The notes beneath the pieces are model-generated. The model did not search any database and was not told where the DNA came from. It saw only the letters and a program-made list of their open reading frames with translations. Below are positions 52,384-61,239 of a DNA stretch of 64,000 bases, one piece after another. Within the stretch, counting starts at the first letter, position 1, and the number at the start of each line of letters is the position of its first letter. This stretch comes from Candidatus Latescibacterota bacterium. Lineage in GTDB: Bacteria > Krumholzibacteriota > Krumholzibacteriia > WVZY01 > JAKEHA01. Position numbers and translations under genes: made by a program. Location: the NCBI GenBank assembly GCA_963707635.1, contig OY970173.1, positions 384,001-448,000 on the forward strand. Direction: 5' to 3'.

Positions 52384-53016
52384 TCACCCTTTTTCGTGCA
52401 TGGTCGGCTTCGGGGTGCCGTACAGCCGAGGGTCGCCATCGAACTTCGCAGCCGTTTCGCTCGAGGCGAAGTAGAACAAACGGCCACCAAATGACCGGAC
52501 TGGGGAGGCATCCGCGGGCTGGAACCGAACCAGGCTTACCGGGTCGGTCACCTTGCCGCAGTAGCGATACGGCGCCGAAACGAAGGTTCTCAACGCCTCG
52601 TCATCTGATACGAAATAGACCTCATGATTCAAGAACGCGCGGTGGGACGCGTCGATAGTCGCGTCGCGGGCGGGATCCACGGCACACTTGAGGTGGGCCC
52701 CCATGTCCAGCAAATACGGTTCCGGACCTTGCACGAAGGTCGCTGCGCAGGGGCTTCAGCAGAACCCAACCGGCTGCCCGTTCACGTAGACCGCCGGCAT
52801 CTTCGGGTTCAGGCGTGTTTTCCTGACCGCACAGCGATCGTTGATGGTCACCAGATTCGTCTCGAAGTAACGCAACCGCGGAAATGAGTCCTCGGGGCTG
52901 ATCACTTCTGCCAGCTCCATGTAGTGGTGCTTGTCCTTGCCCTTCTTGGAACAGGCCGACAGCACCAGCGCCACCAGGGCGGTAATGAGAATCGCTCGCC
53001 AGCGCATCTGAATCAT
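52384..53016 (-). CDS. Putative selenoprotein: lipoprotein with three YHS/TRASH-like repeats, CUxxC motif
   Basis: Track ORFs 52756..53028 and 52384..52734 are one frame split only by TGA 52756-52758 in GFC-TGA-SPC; lipobox LSAC; SD GGAGG. Confidence 0.8.
52725..52741 (-). promoter_or_regulatory. Putative bacterial SECIS element
   Basis: GACCUU-CGUGC-AAGGUC stem-loop beginning 14 nt after in-frame UGA. Confidence 0.6.
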
Positions 53017-53047
53017 GCGGACCTCCAAGAATCCCCTCTAACGCGAG

Positions 53048-53680
53048 TCATGATACCCCGAAACGGTACAACGCGTATCTCCCGTATTCGCCTGAAGTCG
53101 AAGACATCAATGTGAAGGATCCTCGCGCGCCTTCGGGAGTGCTGTCACGAGGAATTGTCGACATGAATCGAGCCCCCGGCAGGAGGAGCCCCTCGATCTC
53201 ACCCGCCATCTCCAGCGGCGCACCGACCGCCATGGTAACCGCCACGGAGTACCGTCTCCGATGTTTTTCCGAACGGGCGGCGGCATACGCTTCGCCGCCG
53301 AATACCTCGACATTCGCCAGGGGAATAGATCGGACGAGGCGCTCGAGGAAGGCTACCTTGCGCTCGCGGCGTTCGATCAGGAGCACCGGCACACTCGGCT
53401 GCAGGATGGCCCACACGGCTCCGGGGAAGCCGGCCCCCGACCCGATATCCACGATCGCATCGCCTGCCGCTATGGCGACGAGACTCTCGATCTCCAGACT
53501 CTCGAGGAGGAGGCGCTCGCAGGTGGCGACCGGGTCCCGACGCGAGACGAGTGCAATCTCGCGCGTCCAGGTCAGAACCTCGGTCAGATACCGGGTGAGC
53601 CCGTCGACGACGGCTGGCTCATACGATGTAACATATTTATTTACAATTAGTTGCGCTGATTCACCGGGGAGTGGTTCCAT
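53048..53680 (-). CDS. rsmG: 16S rRNA m7G527 methyltransferase RsmG/GidB
   Basis: VDIGSGAGFPG, LIE...RKVAFL; follows mnmG. Confidence 0.88.
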   Translation of the reverse strand: MEPLPGESAQLIVNKYVTSYEPAVVDGLTRYLTEVLTWTREIALVSRRDPVATCERLLLESLEIESLVAIAAGDAIVDIGSGAGFPGAVWAILQPSVPVLLIERRERKVAFLERLVRSIPLANVEVFGGEAYAAARSEKHRRRYSVAVTMAVGAPLEMAGEIEGLLLPGARFMSTIPRDSTPEGARGSFTLMSSTSGEYGRYALYRFGVS

Positions 53681-55543
53681 CTAGGACCGCGGGTGCCGGT
53701 ACCGCTCGACATGAACCGCCAGGATGGACAGATCGGCCGCCCGGACTCCGGCGATTCGCGAGGCTTGACCGATCGTCTCTGGGCGCTTGCGGGTGAGTTT
53801 CTCCCGGGCTTCGGTGCTTAATCCGACCACGCCGTCGAACGCGAAGTCGTGCGGAATCGATCTGGACTCCAGATCGCGGAGCGACTGAACGTCGCGGGCC
53901 TGCCTCGCCACATAGCCTTCGTATTTCACCGAACACTCCACGGCGTCATCGAAGCGTGAATCCTCGCCGATCGCACCCATCTCGCGCAGATGGCGGCAGC
54001 GCACCAGCGGCCGGCGCAACACATCGCGCAGCGACGTGGGATGCCTGACCGGTTCGAGCCCGTGTAGATCGAAGACCTCGTTGCCGATTCCCGCCGGGAA
54101 GCTCGTCGTCCCGAGCCGCGAGACGATATCGTCCACGGCGGTCCGTCGCGCGAGCGCGGCGTCGAGTGCCGCGCTCGGGACGAGCCCGAGCCGATGTCCG
54201 ACATCCATCAGACGCTCGTCGGCGTTGTCCTGCCGGAGCAGCAACCGGAACTCCGCCCGGCTGGTGAACATTCGATAGGGTTCGTCGATCTCTTTCGTGG
54301 TGAGATCGTCCATCATCACGCCGATGTAGGCGAGATCGCGGGCCAGCACGAGCGGGGCTTCGTCGCGCAGAGCCAGCACCGCGTTGACTCCGGCCATGAA
54401 GCCCTGCGCGGCGGCTTCCTCGTAGCCGGAGGTTCCATTGACCTGTCCCGCGAAGTAGAGACGCGGGATGAACTTCGACTCCATCGTGCGATGAAGCTGT
54501 TCGGGCGGGAAGAAATCGTATTCGACCGCGTAGCCGGGGCGCGCCATGCGCGCACGCTCGAAGCCCGGGATGGATTCCAGAATGGCGAGCTGCACGTCGA
54601 CCGGCAGACTCGTGGAGATGCCGTTGAGGTAGAGCTCTGGATGGTCGATCCCTTCCGGCTCGACGAACACCTGGTGCCGGGTCTTGTCGGCGAAACGAAC
54701 CACCTTGTCCTCGATCGACGGGCAGTACCGCGGCCCAATGCCCTCGATGACACCCCCGTAGAGGGGGGAACGAGAAAGATTCTGCCGAATGACGTCGTGC
54801 GTTCGTTCGGTGGTGTATGTGAGGTGGCAAAGAACCTGCGGCTGCTCAATGCGGCGGGTTCGATAGGAGAACGGCACCGGTGGATCGTCGCCCGGCTGGG
54901 GCTCGAAGCGGGACAGATCCACGCTGTCGCGAAACACGCGCGGCGGCGTTCCGGTCTTCAAACGACCCATTCGAAGCCCCAGCGACTGGAGACTCCGGGA
55001 AAGGGACGAGGCAGCGGGCTCTCCCTCACGCCCACCATCGGTGCGACGCTCCCCGGTGTGCATGAGCCCGCGCAGAAAGGTCCCGGTCGTCAGCACACAC
55101 GCCCGCGCGTTTACAATCTCCGAGCCCGCGAGCTTGACTCCAGCGAACCCATTGTCCGACACGAGGATTTCTTCGACCTCGGTCTCAAGGACATCCAGGT
55201 TGGACTGCGCGGCGGTGGTTTCCTGCATGAGCCGGCTGTAGAGCCGTTTGTCAACCTGGGCGCGCGGGGACCACACGGCCGGGCCCTTGGCCCGGTTCAG
55301 CATCCGAAACTGGATGCCCGCGCGGTCCGTCGCCCGGCCGATTTCGCCGCCAAGCGCGTCGAGTTCTTTGACGAGGTGGCCCTTGGCCAGCCCGCCGACG
55401 GCCGGGTTGCACGGCATGTGTCCGATCCGATCGCGCCGGAGCGTCAGCAGCAACGTCTGCAGTCCCATCCGGGCCGAGGCAAGGGCCGCCTCGCAGCCGG
55501 CGTGTCCGCCGCCAATCACGATTATTTCAAATGTCTTAGGCAT
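53681..55543 (-). CDS. mnmG: tRNA uridine 5-carboxymethylaminomethyl modification enzyme MnmG/GidA
   Basis: GGGHAGCEAA, MPCNPAVGG, KTGTPPR, GPRYCPSIEDK, GTSGYEEAAAQG. Confidence 0.97.
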   Translation of the reverse strand: MPKTFEIIVIGGGHAGCEAALASARMGLQTLLLTLRRDRIGHMPCNPAVGGLAKGHLVKELDALGGEIGRATDRAGIQFRMLNRAKGPAVWSPRAQVDKRLYSRLMQETTAAQSNLDVLETEVEEILVSDNGFAGVKLAGSEIVNARACVLTTGTFLRGLMHTGERRTDGGREGEPAASSLSRSLQSLGLRMGRLKTGTPPRVFRDSVDLSRFEPQPGDDPPVPFSYRTRRIEQPQVLCHLTYTTERTHDVIRQNLSRSPLYGGVIEGIGPRYCPSIEDKVVRFADKTRHQVFVEPEGIDHPELYLNGISTSLPVDVQLAILESIPGFERARMARPGYAVEYDFFPPEQLHRTMESKFIPRLYFAGQVNGTSGYEEAAAQGFMAGVNAVLALRDEAPLVLARDLAYIGVMMDDLTTKEIDEPYRMFTSRAEFRLLLRQDNADERLMDVGHRLGLVPSAALDAALARRTAVDDIVSRLGTTSFPAGIGNEVFDLHGLEPVRHPTSLRDVLRRPLVRCRHLREMGAIGEDSRFDDAVECSVKYEGYVARQARDVQSLRDLESRSIPHDFAFDGVVGLSTEAREKLTRKRPETIGQASRIAGVRAADLSILAVHVERYRHPRS

Positions 55544-55581
55544 CAAAAATTGACAATCATGGTTCTCGCTGGTTGACAGTT

Positions 55582-56982
55582 TCACTTCCCAATACAGAAC
55601 CGCGAGAAGATCGCGTCCAGGAGTCCGTCGTGATACTGCCGTCCCACGGCTTCCTCATAGTCGGCGAGCACGGATCGGGCGCGAACCGCGATCAGCTCCA
55701 GCGGCTCGCGATCCCGGATCATCCCACCGAGTTCCTCGAGCTGCGACCGCGCGTCCTCCAACAACGCGACCAGGCGGGCATTGAGAATCGCTCGCGCGCG
55801 CGCCATTCGAGTCAGCGCTTCGGCCCCGGTCAGCCGGACCATGGCGGCGCGAAGATCATCCAGGCCGCGGCCGGTGAGCGCCGACACGTGAATTGTCTCG
55901 ATCCCCGGCGCCGTCATCCGCACTCCGCGCTGCGATGCGGACCCGTGCAGCAGGTCGGCCTTATTCATTACCACGAGACTCCGGGCCGCGTCGAGATCAC
56001 GGAGCGACAGCAGTGACTCCCCGTCCAGTTCGCCGGCGGACGCGTCGACCACGAAGAGCACCGCGTCGGCCGCCTGCGTGGCGTCCACCGCTCGATCCAT
56101 GCCGATGGCTTCCACGCGATCCACCTCGCCCGCCCGAAGGCCCGCGGTGTCGTGCAGCACGAATGGCACGCCGTCGATCACCAGCGTCTCGCGGAGCACG
56201 TCCCGCGTGGTCCCCGGGATCTCGGTCACGATGGCGCGGGCCTCTCCCACCAGCCGGTTGAAAAGACTGCTCTTGCCGGCGTTGACCGGCCCGGCGATGA
56301 CCACCCGGTATCCGTCGCGAAGTGGCCGGGCCAGCGCGGCGCTGCCGAGGAGGTCATCGATCTCGTCGCGCTGCCGCGAGATGATTTCCAGCGCCTCCGG
56401 CACATTCAGGGCGTCGATGCCCTCCTCGATGAAATCGATGTTGGCTTCCACCACGCCGAGCAGACCCAACATGTCGTCCGCGAGCGCGCCGACGCGCCGG
56501 GAGAGCCCGCCGGCCAGCTGGCGCTCAGCGACCGAGCGTTGCAGCTCCGAGCGCGCGTGGATCAAGTCCGCCACGGCTTCCGCCTGGATCAGGTCGATCT
56601 TGCCGCTCAAGAATGCCCGTTTGGTGAACTCGCCGGGTTCGGCCGGCCGCGCCTCGCACGCAAACAGCACCTCCAGGACCCGCGCGACCACCGCACTTCC
56701 CCCATGGCAGCTGATCTCGACCACGTCTTCACCGGTGTACGACTCGGGCCCCCGCATCACCGCGGCCATCACGTCGTCGACCCGGGCCCCGTGCGCGTCG
56801 AAGAACCCGCCGTGATAGAGACGGCGATGCTCCCAGGACGGCTCGAACGCGCCGCCGGCGGGTGTACGGAGAACGGTGGCGAGCACGTCCAGCGCCCGCG
56901 AGCCGGACATCCGCACGACCGCAATGCCCGATTCGCCCGGCGGCGTAGCCAACGCCGCGATCGTATCCGTGTGAAGTGCCAT
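55582..56982 (-). CDS. mnmE: tRNA modification GTPase MnmE/TrmE
   Basis: DTIAALATPPG, SYTGEDVVE, GPVNAGKSS, GTTRD, DTAG, NKAD, FCIGK. Confidence 0.97.
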   Translation of the reverse strand: MALHTDTIAALATPPGESGIAVVRMSGSRALDVLATVLRTPAGGAFEPSWEHRRLYHGGFFDAHGARVDDVMAAVMRGPESYTGEDVVEISCHGGSAVVARVLEVLFACEARPAEPGEFTKRAFLSGKIDLIQAEAVADLIHARSELQRSVAERQLAGGLSRRVGALADDMLGLLGVVEANIDFIEEGIDALNVPEALEIISRQRDEIDDLLGSAALARPLRDGYRVVIAGPVNAGKSSLFNRLVGEARAIVTEIPGTTRDVLRETLVIDGVPFVLHDTAGLRAGEVDRVEAIGMDRAVDATQAADAVLFVVDASAGELDGESLLSLRDLDAARSLVVMNKADLLHGSASQRGVRMTAPGIETIHVSALTGRGLDDLRAAMVRLTGAEALTRMARARAILNARLVALLEDARSQLEELGGMIRDREPLELIAVRARSVLADYEEAVGRQYHDGLLDAIFSRFCIGK

Positions 56983-57028
56983 GGAACCTGGAATTCTAGC
57001 ATGCGGAGCGCACTGCCTGAGGGTGGGA

Positions 57029-57105
57029 TGCACTCCCTCGGACGCCAATCCGCAGTCGCGCATTTCAACCATTGTGCGCGGGAGGACGGCGGTAGAGGGA
57101 GTGCA
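57029..57105 (+). repeat. Structured intergenic repeat, copy E
   Basis: Closing stem TGCACTCCCTC/GAGGGAGTGCA enclosing core CGCGCA-TTTCAACCATTG-TGCGCG. Confidence 0.9.
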
Positions 57106-57124
57106 GCCAGCCCCCGTGGCCGCC

Positions 57125-58072
57125 CTAGGGGGTCGGAGGATTCACGTAGAAACCCACCGAGTCGACCGACGTCGAGCCGAATAGCCCGATGCCGCCCTCC
57201 ACATGGAAGATCGGGCGGTTGAACGAGTCCCCGGCCTCGCCGCCGAAACCGATCCCCGCTCCACCCAGCACCGGATCCGTGCGCGCGAGGTCGAACCAGT
57301 TCCGGTCCATGGCGAAGACGCGCATCTTGTAGCTGCCCGCGAAGTAGATCGCGAGCCACGGTATCCGGATGGCGGTCGTCGTCGCCACCGCGAATGGCGG
57401 TGAGCTGTTGGTGCGTGTGAAGTTGTCGAGGTCTTCTTCGTCGAGGAAATCGGCGTCGATGAGAAGCGGCGAGGCGAGGTCGAGGCTGGCGAGCCCAACC
57501 TGATACCCCTGCGCGGGCGTCACGTCCAGCCGGATCTCGACCAGCCCCTCCGTATAGACCAGCTGATTCTCGGGCTGGTAGTACACGGAGTCACCCGTGT
57601 CGGCGAACGTCGACATGCGCTGCAGGACCGTCGCACCGGTATCGTCGAGCAGCACCCACTCGCGCACCTGAATCGGCGCCGGGGTCGTCGTCGTCGCGCG
57701 GAGCGTCCCCCCGTCGGGCAGATCCACGGTGAGATCGTACCGGGTGGAGGGAAGTATTACGGCTCCCGTGATCGGAGCCACGTAGTGGCCGCTGCTTCCA
57801 CCCTGATAGTCGAGGGAGCCACCATTCCAGGAGATCGTCACGGTTGCCGAGGCAATGCCCGCCCTGGCCAGCGAGAAGGGCTCGTCCGGCGCCAGCGTGC
57901 GGGTGAGGTAGAGGTCGGGAAAGGTCTCGCCGACCACGAGCATCGCGTCGACGACCGGCACGCCGACGCCCCCCGGCGCGAACAACTCGTCCGGATCGCG
58001 ATCGGTCGAGCACGCGGCCATCGACATCAGCGCGGCGACACCGATCCACTGCGCGAGCCTTGCACGGCGCAT
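57125..58072 (-). CDS. Lipoprotein, DUF4249-like (TonB-receptor associated)
   Basis: Lipobox MAAC, PVVDAML, C-terminal VEGGIGLFGS; TGATG coupling to upstream receptor. Confidence 0.75.
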   Translation of the reverse strand: MRRARLAQWIGVAALMSMAACSTDRDPDELFAPGGVGVPVVDAMLVVGETFPDLYLTRTLAPDEPFSLARAGIASATVTISWNGGSLDYQGGSSGHYVAPITGAVILPSTRYDLTVDLPDGGTLRATTTTPAPIQVREWVLLDDTGATVLQRMSTFADTGDSVYYQPENQLVYTEGLVEIRLDVTPAQGYQVGLASLDLASPLLIDADFLDEEDLDNFTRTNSSPPFAVATTTAIRIPWLAIYFAGSYKMRVFAMDRNWFDLARTDPVLGGAGIGFGGEAGDSFNRPIFHVEGGIGLFGSTSVDSVGFYVNPPTP

Positions 58073-60327
58073 CAGAACCATACGTTCACTCCCAGGCTGG
58101 GGATGATCGGAAGCATCCTCGCCACGTCCACGTCCACGGTGGAGGTGTCGCGCTGGTACTGCACGAACCACTCGTTGCGGCGGCTGTACACGTTGAACAC
58201 TTCCACCAGCCACTCCGCCCGGGCGCCGAAGAGGGAGAAGTCGCGGGCGACGCCCACATCGAGGCGGTTGTACGGAAGCAGACGGGCGCTGTTCTTGTCG
58301 GCGTAGAGGAGCTCGATGTCCTCGGGGATCACGCCCGTGGTCGGGTCGCGGAGCGAATAGCGGCCGTCCACGGGTGTGAACGCCTGTCCGGTGGCGTAGA
58401 CGAACGCGCCCGAGAACCTCCAGGGCCCGCGCGCGTACGCCGCCACCGCGCTCAGGTCGTGGCGCCGGTCGTACTTGGGTGGAAACTCCGCGCCCTGGTT
58501 GACCTCGGGGAACGTTCGCCGCGTCCAGCCAAGCGTGTACCCCAGCCAGCCGGTGAGCGGTCCCGCGTCACGGCGCAGGAAGAACTCGACTCCGGTGGCG
58601 TAGCCGCTGCCTCCCAGGTAGAACAAGTCGTCCGTCGTGGCCACCTCGGCGTCGACCGGTGTCGAATTGTCGAGCAGGACCAGGTTGTCGAGATCCGTGT
58701 AGTAGCCTTCGACCGACACCAGCCACGACGGCGTCCATCGCCAGTCGACGCCACCGGTCGCCTGCACGGACCGCCCAATATCGGTCGACGCGTCGATCGG
58801 CACGTAGAAGTCGGCCGCCGAAATCGCTTCGGTCGCCACCAGCTGCAGATACTGGTGATAGATACCCCCACCCAGTTTGAGGCGGACCGTCTCGCCGAGA
58901 TTGTCCGCGAGCGCCAGCCGCGGCTCGAACAGCCAGCGCCCGCCGTCGTCGATGTAGCGCACGCGCAGGCCCGCGTTCACGGCCGCCTCCGCCCACGGGG
59001 TCCAGCGATCCTCCGCAAACAGGGCGAGTTCGAACGGCTCGCGCCGGTAGTCGAACACGGTCTCGGAGTTGAAATTCCGCGAGAAGGCCGCCTGGTAGCT
59101 CGAGCCTTCGAGGCCCATCGTCACCGTGTGCCGGAGATTCACGGCCCAGGTGAGTTCCCCCGCCGCCGTGTAGTCTCGAATGCCGTTCTCGAACGAAGCC
59201 GGCGTCGTGAATGCGGTCGCGGTGGTGTAGCTCGCATAATCGCTGTACGAGAGGCGCGCGGTTGCGATCAGCCGCGCGCTGAGCGCGCGCACGAACGCGG
59301 CGCTCACCACCGTGTTGCCCCATTTGAGGTTGAGATACGTGTCCTCGTCGAGCGTGAAGTCGAGCTGGTCGTGTCCGGTATAGACCGACAGCTCAACACG
59401 TCCCCCGCCGGCGGGTACGGCGAACTTCCCATTCGCGTCGTAGAAATAGTAGTCCGGGACCTCGGTGTCCTCGTCTCGAATCAATTCGAGCATTGGCTCC
59501 AGGTGCGTCCGCCGGGCGCTCGCGGACCACGACCCTCGCCCCGCGGGTCCGTCCAGCGCGAGCCGGGACGCGATCGTGCTGATGCCGGCTTTTCCGCCGA
59601 GGTGGCGCGCGGCGGCATCGCGCGTGCGCACGTCGAGCACGGCTCCCAGCCGGCCGCCCCGATCCGCCGGGTAGGCCCCCTTGTACAGGCTCACGTCCCC
59701 GATCGCATCCGCGTTGAAGGTCGAGAAAAAACCGAACGCGTGGGTGGGGTTGTAGACGGTCGCCTGATCGAGGAGTACCAGGGTCTGGTCCGGCCCGCCG
59801 CCGCGGACATACAGGGCGCTGGAAAAATCGGATGCGGCCTGGACCCCGGGGATCAGCTGCAACGTCCGGATCGGGTCCGCCTCCGCGACCCCGGGCAGCG
59901 ACGCGAGCCGGTCGGCGGGGATGGAAACGAAGCCCGTCTGCTCGTCGCGGGCCTGCGTGAGGCGGTCCGCATCGACCCCGACTCCTTCGACCGGAATCGG
60001 CGAGACCGTCAGCGCGGCGTCGAGCGTGTACTCGCGGTCTTCGGCCACGAGCACGCTGTCCTCGCGCATCGTATAGCCGACGCGCGCGAAACGCACGAGG
60101 TAACGGCCGAGCGGGACCGCCGCAAAGAAATACTGCCCGTTGGAAAGACTCAGCTGGCCGCGGGCGACCTCATCGCCCGCGAGTGACCGGCCGAGCAACT
60201 GAACAGTGACGAAGCCCAGCGGCTCGCCAGCTTCCGCGTCGCGCGTCACGCCGCGCACGGTCGACGCCAACGCCTCGACCGGCGACACCAGCGCAACGAC
60301 GAGAGCAATGGATGCAAGTAGGCGCAT
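58072..60327 (-). CDS. TonB-dependent receptor with N-terminal carboxypeptidase-regulatory-like domain
   Basis: Signal peptide, LQLIPGV, VRGGGPDQ plug, GFFSTFN, beta-barrel ending in WF. Confidence 0.92.
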   Translation of the reverse strand: MRLLASIALVVALVSPVEALASTVRGVTRDAEAGEPLGFVTVQLLGRSLAGDEVARGQLSLSNGQYFFAAVPLGRYLVRFARVGYTMREDSVLVAEDREYTLDAALTVSPIPVEGVGVDADRLTQARDEQTGFVSIPADRLASLPGVAEADPIRTLQLIPGVQAASDFSSALYVRGGGPDQTLVLLDQATVYNPTHAFGFFSTFNADAIGDVSLYKGAYPADRGGRLGAVLDVRTRDAAARHLGGKAGISTIASRLALDGPAGRGSWSASARRTHLEPMLELIRDEDTEVPDYYFYDANGKFAVPAGGGRVELSVYTGHDQLDFTLDEDTYLNLKWGNTVVSAAFVRALSARLIATARLSYSDYASYTTATAFTTPASFENGIRDYTAAGELTWAVNLRHTVTMGLEGSSYQAAFSRNFNSETVFDYRREPFELALFAEDRWTPWAEAAVNAGLRVRYIDDGGRWLFEPRLALADNLGETVRLKLGGGIYHQYLQLVATEAISAADFYVPIDASTDIGRSVQATGGVDWRWTPSWLVSVEGYYTDLDNLVLLDNSTPVDAEVATTDDLFYLGGSGYATGVEFFLRRDAGPLTGWLGYTLGWTRRTFPEVNQGAEFPPKYDRRHDLSAVAAYARGPWRFSGAFVYATGQAFTPVDGRYSLRDPTTGVIPEDIELLYADKNSARLLPYNRLDVGVARDFSLFGARAEWLVEVFNVYSRRNEWFVQYQRDTSTVDVDVARMLPIIPSLGVNVWF

Positions 60328-60344
60328 GGTTGTTTGCCTATCAG

Positions 60345-60444
60345 GCGGGGCGAGCGTGACATTGCTCGGACGCGAATCCGCAGCGCGCTTTCAACCATCG
60401 CGCGCGAGGACCTGAGCGGAAGAGCGATGTCGCGCTCGCTCCGC
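60345..60444 (+). repeat. Structured intergenic repeat, copy D
   Basis: 23-bp closing stem with three G-T wobbles on + strand, enclosing core CGCGC-TTTCAACCATC-GCGCG...CCTGAGCGGA. Confidence 0.9.
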
Positions 60445-60527
60445 TGGATCCCGCAAGCACGGCGGGGGCAATCGGCGACAGGACCCGCGGGGTCAGCAGA
60501 ACGTCGCCATGACGTCCCCCGGCAGAT

Positions 60528-61205
60528 TCAATCCCGGGGCAGATCGTCGGTGGCGGACGTGCGCGGCGAAATAACCACCTTGCGCAGCAACCCGTCGCCG
60601 ATCGTGTAGGTCGTGACGTCGTCGAACTCCGAGACCGCGAGATGGATGATCCGCCGCTCCGAGGCCTTGAGGGGTTCGAAGTCGTATTCCTTCTGCGTCC
60701 TGCGAACCCGTTCCGCGATCTTCTGTGCTTTTTCGACCAGGAGCCGGTGCTTGCGCCGCACGTAGCCGCCGACGTCCACCGTGATCTTGCTGTGCCGCCC
60801 GGTCCGGCTGGTGAAAACGCGATTGACCACGTGCTGGATCGACGTGAGCGTCTCGCCGCGGCGTCCGATCAGCAGTCCGTCGAGTCCGGTGGAGCTGATG
60901 TTGACGAACGTGGTGTCGTCGGACTCCTCGATCTCGATCGTGTGCTCGATCCCCATGAAGCCGAGCACTTCGCCGATGATCGCCCGCACCACTTCCGGGG
61001 TCTCGCCGGCGTCCCCGGCCGCCGCGCTCTCGCGGCGGGTGACGCGGATCCGCACCATCTTGCCGCCGAAGATGCCCCGCAGACCGCTCGGCGATTCCGA
61101 GAGCAGCTTGATGTCGACGTCGTCCTTGCTGGCGCCGAGCTCGCGGAGGGCCTTGTCGAGGGCCTGCTCGATGGTCTTCCCGGTGGTTTCGACCGATGCC
61201 GTCAT
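60528..61205 (-). CDS. jag: Jag/EloR (KhpB) RNA-binding protein
   Basis: Jag_N, KH (LLIGRRGETL), R3H (ERRIIH); follows yidC. Confidence 0.93.
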   Translation of the reverse strand: MTASVETTGKTIEQALDKALRELGASKDDVDIKLLSESPSGLRGIFGGKMVRIRVTRRESAAAGDAGETPEVVRAIIGEVLGFMGIEHTIEIEESDDTTFVNISSTGLDGLLIGRRGETLTSIQHVVNRVFTSRTGRHSKITVDVGGYVRRKHRLLVEKAQKIAERVRRTQKEYDFEPLKASERRIIHLAVSEFDDVTTYTIGDGLLRKVVISPRTSATDDLPRD

Positions 61206-61239
61206 GCCGTCCGTCCCTTCGTACCCCTCCGTCGCTCCG

